A DNA stretch of 64,000 nt from Camelus ferus. Lineage: Eukaryota. This document shows, one piece after another, positions 51,416 to 64,000 of the stretch (positions are counted from its first letter, which is position 1; each line of letters begins with the position of its first letter). The stretch is taken from positions 51,586,001 through 51,650,000 of the forward strand of contig NC_045696.1 of assembly GCF_009834535.1 (NCBI RefSeq). Reading direction: 5' to 3'. The notes below the pieces were generated by a model, which saw only the letters and a list, made by a program, of their open reading frames with translations, was not told the DNA's origin and searched no databases. The position numbers were made by a program, and so were the translations under genes.

Positions 51416-54169
51416 ACTCCCAATGCCTCACAGTAAAGTGAGACAGGCAGGGAGGAGGCAGAGGGAGAAAGGGGACAGCACAATTGATTTGGGGGGGATT
51501 TTAAAACATATTGAATAATCATGCATCACAGGGCCTGGAGACCAATGTGTTCAACTAAACTAGTTTAATAAACTGCAGGAATCGAGCATTCTTCCTCAAG
51601 AAATTGGCAACAGCAAGGCACTCCAAACACACCAGACAGACAGCTTCTCTACCACTCTACTACTGCATAAAAACCCCAAATCCCAAAGACGAGAGGGTGT
51701 GCAGGGGGCAGGAGGAGGGTAGAAATTTCACTGGATTGGCTGCTAGCTTGCACCACATAGGTTTCATTTTCCCAAGGATTTTTTCTCCTCTCCTTTCTGT
51801 GTGACCAGAGAGAGATATCTCAAAGGTTCTTGGCCAGTCATTGCATACAGTCCCGGAGGGGGAAGAGCAGCAGAAAACACGGCTGCCGAGCCCCACCCTG
51901 CCGGCCCTACCGTGTGGGCACTGTTATCTGGGCCGCTTTGTTTGGGAGGGAGAACCTTGCATCTGAAGACTTGTGTTTTTCCCCATGAGCATAATGTCTG
52001 CCTTGCAAGACACGATGAGGTCTTTCCATACCTGATCCCCACTAAGCCACCTGTTCAGGTGGTCTCCAAAAAGCAAAATAATTGGACAGTCTGAAAAAAA
52101 CTGACTCAAAAATTATGAACGTAAGTTTTTCCTTTAAATCACTCATTTGATTGAAGGGGGAAAAAAAAACAGGCTCTAGACAGCACGTTAAAGAGTGTAT
52201 GAGGAAAAAAGACTCTAAATTTGTAACATGCGTGTCTCCATCTCCTCACTGCCTCATCAAGGCCATCCTAAGAAACATTACTGCAGACAGCGTTTTGGGA
52301 GCTTGTGTTCCCAGGACCCCAGTAGTTCTAGGTAACATATAAATTGGACCAGGGGAGGATTTCACGGAAAATTACAGAGAGAGGTTACATCCTGCTACTC
52401 ATGTGGGCTAGGACCGCAGAAGGAAAGCTCTCTCCTCTGTTTTGAAACACTGTTCAATGACATGACAGTGGACTAGGTTAGCTCAAACCAGAGAACGCCC
52501 TGGGACACACCCACTTTGAGGACCAGCACCCAGGCTGTTCCACATGCTCGTAGCTCTGTAGGAATACAGAAAGGCACGTGGATATAGTTATATGTCAAAA
52601 TGGTAGCGTGTGCCCTCAAAATAGGATTTATTCTATTTCCTATTGAAATGCTCCCCAAATCCATAAGGAAAAGAATTTTGAATAGGAGGAAAGAAGAGAA
52701 CGAAGAAGAACAAAGAAAGAAAGAAGAGAGAGGAAGAGGAAGGAAAATGATACATGTCCTATTATCCCTGCCGGCGAACCTGGCAGGAGTTGATAACAAA
52801 CCTCTATGACTGCTGCCTGGTGGTCTTTGCTATGTGCCACACAAATATGGTTGCAGAAGGAAATGGGTTCTAGGTTTTTCTCACAAATGTCCAAATGCAG
52901 AACAGTGGGGATCTTGACCATTAAATCAGCACACACAACAACAGGGCCACTGTGGTGGAATGTGGCTGATGGCGCTAGACTTTTCTTAGTTCGTTCACTT
53001 TGTGAGTTCAATTGCTCTTAGAGTTGGTATGCTGGTGGACCCAGTGTTTCAATAAACATAGCCATGAGACATCACAGGGTTTTTGTTTTTGTTTTTGTTT
53101 TTTCCACAAAAGGCTTTTCCCTCTCACTACTGTGAATACACTGCTGAGTGATTCCTGCTTCTGGAAGAGCAGGTGGTTTTCCTCTTCTCCTTTTCTTGGC
53201 CTCAATAGCCCAGCTCTTCAGTGCATCTGTGCAGTGATTACAGCTTCTTGAAATCTCAGGGCACTAAGTCAGCCAGTTCCTTCACAATGGGGTGTTTGGC
53301 ACCTGAGCAAGGACTTGGTGGGCCAGACACATTTAAAATGCAAGAATGGATTACTATATTATTTTGCACTGCAACAGTAAGAGTATTTGTGGATTGTTGC
53401 TGACAAGTAGATCATGATAACCAAATGCGGTGCAACAAACCACACGACATCGTATCAGAAGCTCAGAGTTAATATTGTCAAATGACCTAGAGTTTTTTTT
53501 TTTTTTTTTTTTTTTCTATTTTTGCTTTCCTCCCCTTCCAGTGAGCCTTTATTGAATACTTATTGTCAGTGATGGACTCTTTATTCACAGAAGGGAGTTG
53601 AGCTATGTCAGACTCTTGCCACATTCTTTCTCCTCTAACACTGAACAAAATATCAGTGAAACATCAAGTACAGCTTTTTTTTGAACCTGACAGGCAATCA
53701 GTATTTAGTCACTGGCCCTGCTGATGATAGCAGGAACTTTTGATACACTGTGCAGTGAGAAATATTTCCTTAGGAAGGCACCGCAGTTTAAGAACATCTC
53801 AGAGACAATTCAGAGGGGGTAGACGAGGAAATCTGATCTGACTTATTTATGTGTTCCAACAAATGCCTGGAACTCTAGACACCCTGAAAAAATCTAGTAA
53901 TACAGTCAGGCTGTTTTTATAGGAATGATAGGATTCTCATGAAAAAGAGGCATCTAGGTTTATCTAGTGAGTTTCTCTGTATTTGTAGAAAACTTAGAAT
54001 ACTTCAGAGAACCCATCTTGAACAATCATGTGGGAGAACCCAGCAATTTATTATTATAAAATAAACTTCAATCTCAAGCAATTAATTGAGAAACTTGTTG
54101 ACAATCGAGATATACAAAGCAATGTGGGTTCTCCAGAATGACAGCAGAGAAACTGAAGAAATGACAGTG

Positions 54170-54345
54170 TTTTGGCTGGAAGGCATCTGACTAAGTCAGA
54201 TGATCTGGGTCCTCAGCCGTGACTGTCAACCGCTGCAGGGCTTACAAGTCATCAGACTTCTCCTGAATCTTACTTTTTCCATATGTCAAATGGGAGTGTT
54301 GGATTTGATGGTCTTTACGATTCTTTCCAGTTGTAACATTTGAAA
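54170..54345 (+). mobile_element. MIR (MIR3-type) fragment
   Basis: aagtcagatgatctgggtcc..acaagtcat..tttttccatatgtcaaatgggagtgttggatttgatggtcttta..tttccagtt. Confidence 0.6.
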
Positions 54346-57300
54346 ATTTTAAAGTAAGAAAAGACGACAGGGTAATTCCTCCTTCCTCTCATTTTGGTAA
54401 ATAGGTTGCTTTCCCTTGACCTGTGTCTATTTGGTTTGTGTTGGGTTCTATGTGGTTTGCATTGGGTTTAGTTCTCTGGGGTCTAGAAGTCACAAAGTGA
54501 AATTTCAAGTCATTTCTCTTTGTGTCCACGGGAGAGCGACAGGGGAAAAATCCTCCCTTTCTTTCTGTATCAGTGTCTTTTCTCAAATCAGACCCACCTG
54601 CCTAATACAAACCACAACCATCCCGGCACTGACGAGGGTTCTTCTCGTCCTCGTCACGGGCCCCTGGTTGTGCTCACGCAAGCCTATTGGACTGGGTTAT
54701 TTCTATATTTATGTCCTGGCTATTTTTTCTTTTCCAACTTGTTTATGAAATCCCTGGTAAGCATAAAGCTGCAAAAACAAAAACAAACAAATAAAACAAA
54801 ACAGCTCTGTTTGAATAATTTACTTCAGTTAAGGGAGTATAAGAAAACATTCTAACACTCAGGGGAGGAAAAAAGCTTTAAAAATACTCCTGTGTCTTAG
54901 AAAAGATGAAATAAAACATTATATCAATGCAAGTTTCATACGTTGTTATTCTTTTCCATTACAGAGAACACTACATATTGGGCTTATGGTCTGGTGTACA
55001 GACGTGGATGTTTCTCCCAATATTTCTCAGGCCACTGCATCCTCGCAGCCAAGAGGGCCCAGAGCTTGCTGAGCTAGCCTTACACGGACAAAGGAGCCAC
55101 ACAGAAAACCCAGTACCTGGAGCTTATATCACATCCTGACTGGGCACTCTGGTTACCCATGACTCGCTCTTTTCCACCTCTATTCTGTTCCTTTGCTGGT
55201 TTAATTCTCTTCACCTAGAATGCCCTCTGTCTGCCTCCTTTAACTCAGTTTCACTCAGAATCCCCCCTACCTTTCAAGACCCACCTAGCTCAAGGCCCAT
55301 TTCCAAGAAGCAGCTTAGGTTGACGCAACTTGGGACCCTGTGATAATTTTCATGGCTAACTATTGATAATCAGCCCTTGTAACAACGGGAGTCACTGAGA
55401 ACATACATCTAAGAAGTTCTCAGAGAATACTGGAGAAAAAGATTGTAAAGAGTTGCAGGGTCTTCATAAAAGGAAAAAAAAAATGCTAGCTTTAAGAACA
55501 GACCCAATATAGAAGCTGTGGTATGTAAAACAAAAGCTGTAGTTTTATAAAGAAAAGTTGTAGCCTTGTACAGAAGGGACTTTTTAAGAATGGTCTGACC
55601 TTTTTTTTTTTTTTTTTTTTAAATAAAGGAAAAGAGATGGTCTTTCTTACAAGAAAGAGTTAAGGCACTGGATATAGCAATGTACAGTATCATAAAGTTT
55701 GATTGCATGAATTATGAAGCTAAAATGTCAAGATTTTAATAGAAAGAAAATGGGGCACATATGAAAAAAGGCACAGACAGAGGTGTGTGTATAAAATCTG
55801 AATTTCATCTACCCCCCAGTCCCCGTGAGTCTGATGGCTACACTGTGCATTACGGCAAACTCTGCCAGTGCCTAGCTGGGCTTAAGTGATGGGCCATGAT
55901 ATATTCTGATAGTAAAAGATAGAATGAAGCTAAGAAATGCTGGATGCTGTTATACATGTATATGATTTTATTTATGTGTATATTTTTATATCTATATATA
56001 CAAATATATATATTTGTATGATGTTTGGCAACCTCACCCATGGTATTCCTGTGAAGTAGGCATGTGGTAAACATAATTAGCCCATTAAACAGATGGTAGG
56101 GCTCTGGCATATCTCACCATATTCTAAAATGGTGGAGCTGTGAGCAGGGACTGGAGAGAGAGTGCAGTTTGATATACGGGTAACTGCAAAGCTCTGTGAA
56201 TTGCTACTTTCCTGAAGACAATCTGGGGAGGTTGCATTTGGCTGAGAGCTGGGGATGGTTTGGGAAGCTTTAAAAATATACAAGGGGACAACTTTTCACA
56301 TTCATTCAGATATAGTAGCTTCATTTTTACTTACTAGAGGCATTTTTTTGAAAAGCAGTTTTTTTATCTTAACTCGTCTGTGTTCCAAGCAAACTCCCAA
56401 ATTGCTGAGCAGATTAAAAAAAAAAAAAAAACCTACACGCCAAGTAAAAACACTGGGTAGATTTTTTTTTAATTGTCTTTACAAAGTGCACTATTGGAAA
56501 GGATAAAGTTGAAAAGAGGTTTGGTACCATAAACATAAACACATAGCGATCATTGTAGCTCAGTGACCGGATATGTGCAAAAGCACATGCGATGAACTTT
56601 TACCCCCCTGAATGATGTGGCCATGGCATTGCCACCCCATGCTACAGCAGGCTTCAGAGAGCCTGTATTCAAATAGTCTAGCCCAACATTTGGTCAGCCA
56701 AAGTAGGGGCTAGCAGAAGTGAAAGGGTTACTAAAAGTTAAGACTTGAATTCACAAATGTATTTGAGCTGGCTTCAAGAAGACATGAAACATCAATACAT
56801 CTGGAGGATAGAACTTGCAATTGACTGTTCTTTACCATCTGGTCTCAAGAACATTTTCTGCTTGGAAGTTGCATAAGCACTGAAGAAACACACAAACAAC
56901 TTCCTGTACCATGCTTTTGGTCACTTATAATGAAGCATTACAAAGTAAACCAGCTAAATGTGAGCAACTCCGCCTTACTCCAGATGACAACATACATCAT
57001 ATAACTAAGATCAATGACAGAGAATATCTTTATTTTAAGCAATCTAGACTAGAAAAAACATTCAAGAATAAATATCCTTCCTTCTAAGGTGTTTGTCTTG
57101 AGTAGTTTGGCTAAATTGGTTTTCAATGTCACTATAAAACCATGTCTAACTTTTTCTAAATTGAAAAAAAGAACAACAATAAAAGCCATACTGGGGAATG
57201 AAATGTTCCATATATTTTTTTTAATGACATAAAATTGCCTCTTTAAGCAATAAAATATATTTTACACTTTTCTTTTTAAATAGGAAACTTCTACATATCC

Positions 57301-60300
57301 ATGTTTCCTTAGACAGAGCAGACTGCTATCATTTACATTTTTTCTTATGCTACAGGGTCATCCTTGCAAATACCCATTGATCCTGTTTTTCAAAAATACA
57401 TTTCTACTTCTTTTGAGAATTGGCATCATCTCTCACCGCTCAGTCTAATGGCCACCAGAGCTGCAGCCCATGATTCACGGCCACAGCTCATCGATGTCAC
57501 TGTTCCCAGTTTTTAACAGCCAGCTCCTTCCAATCCTCTATACCAGGGGTATTTTCTAGCCTGTTTGGGATTGGAAAATCGGATGCATGGGTGCCATAGA
57601 GACAATGTTGCCTGAAAGGGTTTGGTCGGAAACTTTGGGACACTCATTTGGCTGTTTGAAGGTCTTCATTTACTTCTTTGTTCAGGGCTGTAATTCAGAA
57701 GTCTGAACTGCAAGAAATCAGACCTCAAGGTATTACTGTATAACACAGAGCATGACATTTATGCTCTTTTACTGCAAAGGTTCTTATTTTCAAAGAGGTT
57801 GCCCAGAAATCCATTCTTGATTATGTTATTTGTAGGTTTCTGATCCATTCCATTTCACTCACTTGATTTCTGCAGGCAACGTAAAACTAACATGATAATG
57901 TTGAGAAGTAAAGAAATAGCACATTTTTAAGGATAAGGTAGGAGAGTCTTGGTAATTGACTTCATGACAGGGATGGAAGCAAAAGTATATAGTCAGGTTA
58001 GAAAATCTCTCTGGACTTCCAATTTTTCCTAGATTTTAAACAGGGCTCTGGCTGTACTGGACATTAGGAAAACATTAAAAAAAAATGTGTCAAGCCATTT
58101 ATGTTAACTTACACATTCAGAAAAGTAATGTCTGATTTTTTTCCCCCTCCCCTGAAGGAGAAATCAGTGTAAACCGCAATCTGTGACAGTTGGGATTGGG
58201 ATTTTGTTGAAATTTACCTTTTCTCTCTCTTAAAATAGGATTTCTAAGTAAACTAACAGTGTTAAGATTGCTGGGGTTGGGACTGGGAGGAGGGAGAGAA
58301 AGGAAGACCATGTTTAACTTATAGGAGGGGGAAACGAAAACTTTTAAAATATTTTAAAATATACATCTGCTATGCTACCAACAATTCTTATTTATTGAAG
58401 TTACAGCTACTTGTTAACACTTTGAAATCTGAGTTCAAACCACATTAAAATTTCCATGATTCAAACTTTTAGCCAATTCAGATTGATGTCTCTTTCCCAG
58501 TTTATCTGAACTGGTGAAGTTTTACAAAATAAATATCTTTAGCTTCCTAGAGTTACATTTTCACTTGTTTGACTTGCTTGTTGATTTTTATAATGTGCTT
58601 GCATGATACAAATACTCTGGAAGTGCTAGGGCTACTTGTTATATTTTTGGATCAAGAGAGTTTACAAGAAACTGTCAATCTGACAGCAGCAAAGCTTACG
58701 CAGACCACAGCAAAAGTTCAGGCATAAACTGGTCTTCCACCAGTTTTCCACGACAGCATCTGAGGACATGGTTAACAAGTTCTGAAATTCATTCACAACG
58801 TTGCTAATCTTTTAGGAATCTTATAACCTTGCCTGACCCTTCCATAGTCACGAGAGAAAAGCTTGGCCAGAATTAGAACGGGTTGTCCTCCCTTCCTTTC
58901 TTCTAGTTATCCACTTTTTTTTTTTTTTTTTTGGTATTAGAACAATCAAAAGACCCCATGTTTTTAAATTCCATAGAAGACTAACGATTGAATAATTTTC
59001 TCACATCTCTGTTTGCACTTTCACAGTCTGGTTGCATTGATTTGTGTCTCATAAGTAGGCATTTCCTTTGGTGGTTACAAATCAATGCTATAGAACAAAG
59101 CTGCCAGCACATTCCTACCTCCCTATCCCCTCCTTGCAGTTTGAAAAACAAAGCACAGTGTTCTTTTAAAAAATTAATTTCACTGGTTGGTAAAGTATTA
59201 AAAAAAAAAAAAAAAAAAAGAAAGCCCTCGAATTGAAAAAAAAAAAAAATCCGTGGGAAAAAGAGCTCCTCCCAAGTGGGTGTCTGCGTCTTCCCTAAAG
59301 CAGGGACTGTCTAGTGGCAGGGCAGCACCCCATCCTCCTGGTGCGCTCCGTTAACCCACCGACAGTCCTCACGTTTATACATCACAAGGCTGCCCAAAGC
59401 AGCCCACTGTGATGTCACAGTCAGATATGATTTCATGGCAGGGAAAAAAAAATAACGAAAAGGAAGGCAAGGTTGAGTGCATTCTGCTTTTGATTCAAGA
59501 CAATAAATAAAATAAAATAAAAAATAAATAAAATAAGATTTGAATAAATCTTCTAAGAGGAAGCAAAAGGGAAGATTTTTTTTCCCCCTAGGAGTAAAAG
59601 AACACAAGCTTTCTCACGTGAATGTGAAAACTCAGTTCTGAAGGTATCCTGGCGCTGTTACCCCAAGTGGATAAGCATGAATAAAGAAGCGCAGAGAAGT
59701 GCTATCATCAATTGGAATGCTCCTGCCTACACTCAGCTACAGGTGGAAAGCAAGCAGGCACGATTTGATTTACCTAGATTAAAACAGCAATTTTCTGCCC
59801 TCTTTTTTTCCTTTTAAAAATAGCCAATCGATTTTGGCCTAGCTATCGCTGACTGTACCAGGTCCATTTTCATACACGGCTGATTAAACGGGAAGTTCAT
59901 GGCTGAAGGCACTACAGCAGGAACCAGAAGCTGCCGAAGGAACAGGGATGGAGACCAAAAACTGCAGCTCAGAAAGCCCACAGGTCACGCTGGTTTTGTG
60001 GCCCGGGAAGGCCACCACTACCAGGACTGGACTGTTGATAGTACATTTTTAGACTTGGACTAGCTGGCAGTTTGAAGCCTGGAATTCATTTAGCTGTTTA
60101 AATTCTACCTTAACTATCAAAGGGAAAAAAACTCGAAGTCCTTTGTTTTTTAAAAAAAATATGGATGGGGAAAATATTGTGTCCTAAATTACAGTGACAT
60201 CTGAAACGAAGATGGGAATTTGCCTCTCAGGAACCAGCTGCTTTAACTGTTTAATAAAAAAGTTAAATTTTCATCTGTGATGGCATTAGAGGCAGCTACC

Positions 60301-60376
60301 AAAAGGGGATCTAGTTGTTTTGAGACCTTCGATGGGTGAAATTGCATGAAAAAGAAACACAGAATATAGGATTTTA

Positions 60377-60684
60377 AAATAGAAACAGACTCACAGACAT
60401 AGAAAACAAACTTATGGATAATAGTGGGGGAAGGGGGTGGGAAGGGATAAATTAGGAGTTTCGAAATTTGCAGGTAACAACTACTATATATAAAATAGAT
60501 AAACAAGTTTCTACCGTATAGCACAGGGAACTATATTCAATATCTTGTAATAACCTATAATGAAAAAGAATTTGAAAACAAATATATGTATGCATATGTA
60601 TGACTGAAACATTAGGCTGAAACATTAGTACACCAGAAATTAACACATTGTCAGCTGACTATACTTCAATTAAAAAAAAAAAAA
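60377..60684 (+). mobile_element. 5'-truncated LINE-1 3'UTR with polyA tail (cetartiodactyl-type)
   Basis: aaatagaaacagactcacagacatagaaaacaaacttatgg..gggataaattaggagttt..ctactatatataaaatagataaacaag..gtatagcacagggaactatattcaatatcttgtaataacctataatg..tacaccagaaattaacacattg..gactatacttcaattaaaaaaaaaaaaa. Confidence 0.85.
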
Positions 60685-60761
60685 CACCTCAAAGGGTTGT
60701 ACAGATTCAAGGTAATCTACGTGTATACTCGCTTAGTATAGTTCCAGTACTCAAGAGAGAG

Positions 60762-60785
60762 AACAACAACAACAACAACAACAAC
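60762..60785 (+). repeat. (AAC)8 microsatellite
   Basis: Direct reading. Confidence 0.9.
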
Positions 60786-63109
60786 AAAGAATACAGGACT
60801 TTTATGTAGGGTGACTATATGTTGGGATTCATGAAACAGCCCTCTGGAAAATGAGATCTCTACTAGTTCTGGGAAATAACCATCTTGGTTATAATGAAAA
60901 AGTAGAACCTTTACCAAAATCTGTGTGGCTGCAAAAATAAAACTCCGGAGGGACTCTCTCGGACTACTCTTAGAGAGACCCAACATCCACAGATGTGTCT
61001 TCAGAAAAAGGCAGGTCCACCTGACAGATGAGGCTGTAGCTCAACCACGAATCTGAGGACGTGGGAGCTGGGTCTGGGAATGAGTAAAATCCACTTCTAA
61101 AAAGTGAACCTACTTTTTTTTCCCTTTCGCCTACTGCTTCCTCTGTCCCTTCTCTCTCTCTTTTTCTCTCCCATTGTTGTTTATTTAATTTGAATCCTGG
61201 CCTTAATGGAGATGGAACTCTATCCAGAGGTACTATTAAGATAAGAAATTTCAGGAAGAAAGATTTAATGAGGGGATTAGGAGTTTTTGGAGGAGGAATA
61301 GAAAATTATTTAGAGACAAACGAGGGAAAAACTAAGAAGTTAAATGTCAGAATCAGCACGATGGCTGTGGACTAGCTTCGGAGAGACACAGATGGTCTGC
61401 ATTCTCCAGAACAAAAACAAACAGGAAGTAACAGGGCCAGAGCCCCCTCTCCCCTCCACCCCTCCCTCCCATGTAAATTGGGGGAAAAAAACAGAAATGT
61501 GTTCAGATCAAAAAGTTTTCCTTCAAACGCTGGAAAGTGACCAAAGTAAAAGAAAGAAGAGAGCTGGTTCTAGCAGGTAAAATGCCGAAGGGACATCACA
61601 TTTCAGGGGTGGGAAAAAAGTCAGGGATCAAACACAGTTTGGAGGAAAGTCAGGGTCTATAGCAACGAAGGGTGAATGTAGCAGACAGGTGGCAAATTAG
61701 AAGTCTGGAGGAGAGGGAGGACTTCATTTCGGGCAGTCCATTTTCTGGAGGAGGGGTGTGGGGTGCTGGGGAACATGACTCCTTTCGGGGTACAGGGGAG
61801 ACAAGTGGCTTAGAGGAGGGCCAGAGAAGGAAATAAACTGCAGAGTCATCTGGGGGTACACTGAGTCAGGTAGGGGTTGTTTGGATAATAACAAGCTCTC
61901 AGAACATGACTTTGAGTCTTAGAAAAAAATGCTGCTGGATGGAACGGATGGCTACTTACAGGGTTAACAACACACTAAGCGCTTCCATTTCCAAATCTAC
62001 ATGCTAAGGTACAGCCTAGGGCAGCAAGCATGTACCGGCAAAACATCAAAAATCCACGCAATGGGGACTTGGGGCCAGAGAGGAGGTGTGTGAAGCACGC
62101 CATCTCCTCATGCACACCCCTGGACGGCACAGAGCTTGGGCAGGGTAATCTCAGTGAAACCGGAGACTTCCAAGCCATCCTCCCACAGAGATAAACCACC
62201 CCTGGTCCCCAGTGACTCCAGGCAGCAATGAGGACAGTTTTCATGTTCCAAAACTAATTGGACAGTAAGGAGTGTCTGTAAGAATAAAAGGGGGCAGGAG
62301 TGGAGGATGGAAATAAAAGAGGAAAAAAGTGTCCTTGTTGAAAGTTTTAAATTACAGGCTCAGTAAAAAACTGGCATTCCACCACATCCGGTCTAGTTAC
62401 CAAATGGAAAAACAGGGTCATTAACATGTTTATTTGAATTACATTAGTCCTTCTCTTTCATATTTAATTTATTCTGTTAGAAAAAAAAAAAAAAGCACAA
62501 GGCTCTGCACGCTGGGGAAAGGCAGGACTGTAATGGATCAGGGAGCTGAAATGCAATGATCTTTACCCCTTATCTACCCTGCTAAGGCTTTCCAGAACTT
62601 ACTAAGATCATTCAGGGATTCTGCCCCTCAGGAGGAAGGGAAGGGTACCAAAAGATGTAAGGATACTGAGTTACTAAAATATTGAAGTACATTTGAATTA
62701 AGGGGTGGGAGAGGGGTTTTAATGGAGAGGAAGTTCAGAAAAAGGAGAAAAGCTTGGGATAAATGAATGACCTCTTTTCTGGATTGAATGTCCAGACACA
62801 AGGTTGATGCTAGGCTTACTGAACATTCTTCACATGATGTGGACAGTGTAGAACATGGAGAAATCTCTATGTTATTGGTATTTTGGGTATTAAAGGCCAA
62901 GTCTTTATGATGATCTCATGAGCCTTGCTGCTGTCCAAAACAGTTCTGATCAACATAAGCAGAAGCAAGTCTAACACAATACATTCAGGGGAAAAGAAAG
63001 AAAGTACATTTTTAGAGTGGACCTGGTTATCACTGTGGTAGTGACACAGGAAGGACACAACTCTTTGTATCATAAAGTTGCTCTGCAACTTACTTGCTAC
63101 ACTTGCACA

Positions 63110-63245
63110 CAAACTTACTTTAATCAGTTTTCCTCATCTGTAAAATGGGAACAAGAACAGTTACCATAGAGTTGAGAGGCACAAGTGGACAATCTATGTT
63201 AAAGTGTTCTCCAAAGCACTGTGCAAACGTAAGACATTCTTAATT
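63110..63245 (+). mobile_element. MIR fragment
   Basis: tcagttttcctcatctgtaaaatgggaacaagaacagt..catagagttgagagg..atgttaaagtg..aaagcactgtgcaaacgtaag. Confidence 0.78.
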
Positions 63246-64000
63246 CCTGGAGACTGTGGTGCCAAGTACAGGCCAAACAATGTGCCAAATATCCTTAGAA
63301 ACAGGATTAGAAACAAAGCAGGAAATGCTCTGACTAAGCTGAGGGGGACCGGGAGCTTCCATCTCAGTGCTGACTGGTTGTATTGCTTGCTACCTGCAGG
63401 GATTTCTCACCAGGGCGTCAACCTTCGGTTCAGCGACTGCCTCCACAGTAGGTTGCCACCCACTCACAGTGAGTCACAGAAAGTTCACGTCTTACTTCGT
63501 GCTGGTGATGCTAATGTACAGGTAAGCAGGTTTAGGCTTAGTTGCAGATTTCTGCTGGAATTGTCAAAATGGAAGGCCCAGCCTCTCACTGCAACACAGG
63601 CCAGCCGGCCCAACTTAGACTTGGTTCTGGACCCACTAGTGCTCCAAGTTCAAGGTCCAGTTCCAATGGAACAAACGATAGGGAACAATTGCCTTGGACC
63701 TCTTCCTGAGGGTCTCCAAAATGAGTAAAAATTTCTGTCTCTACCTTTCCCTTAAGGCAAGTTTCTCACTTTGTCACAGACAGAATCACATTTTCTGTTA
63801 TGATTCTTCCTTTTGGTCCTGTTCGTTGAACATTTTGCCAGCTGCCTCTAAGCTGAACCTTGGCTCAAATACAATTGCACTCACATTAAGATCATTCTGG
63901 TTTGAGCCCAGAGCGTACTTCGGATTTAATTTTGACAGAGGGAGGGGACAGTGAAGTGATACCAACTCTAGTAGAGGGTAACAGAAGCCCATTTGTGGGA

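Noticed and set aside
63204..63728. 174-aa plus-strand ORF
   Set aside because: It has a non-ATG start within a MIR tail and no homology that I recognise.

Overview
Mammalian genomic DNA lying entirely inside the ZBTB20 gene (BTB/POZ-C2H2 zinc-finger transcription factor, minus strand). It is most likely camelid, given a Vic-1-like tRNA-derived SINE and a cetartiodactyl-type L1 3' end, and I recognised no Alu, Bov-A, PRE1 or SINEC elements. Four exons can be read with canonical splice sites. In transcript order they are a 101-nt non-coding exon (40424-40324), a 164-nt MIR-derived exon carrying the long-isoform ATG (32544-32381), a 188-nt coding exon (32009-31822) and a 1605-nt CpG-rich exon (6153-4549) encoding the short-isoform ATG, the BTB domain, the linker and zinc finger 1. 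Spliced, the last three encode residues 1-601 plus one base of codon 602. The exon for the remaining zinc fingers lies left of the window and the main promoters lie to the right. The rest is intron containing old MIR, L2, L3, hAT, MaLR and L1 fragments, microsatellites and several repeat-poor, CpG-retaining blocks. Nearly all other entries in the ORF track look spurious. I see no prokaryote-type system (CRISPR, operon, rRNA or true tRNA gene). Three observations stand out. (1) The 1605-nt exon is phase-symmetric and stop-free across a back-splice junction, so a single-exon circRNA would carry an endless ORF. (2) The long-isoform start exon uses an acceptor from an antisense MIR. (3) Four uORFs and a weak Kozak context could set the long/short isoform balance. 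Repeat boundaries and family names are by-eye estimates, and no database searches were run.
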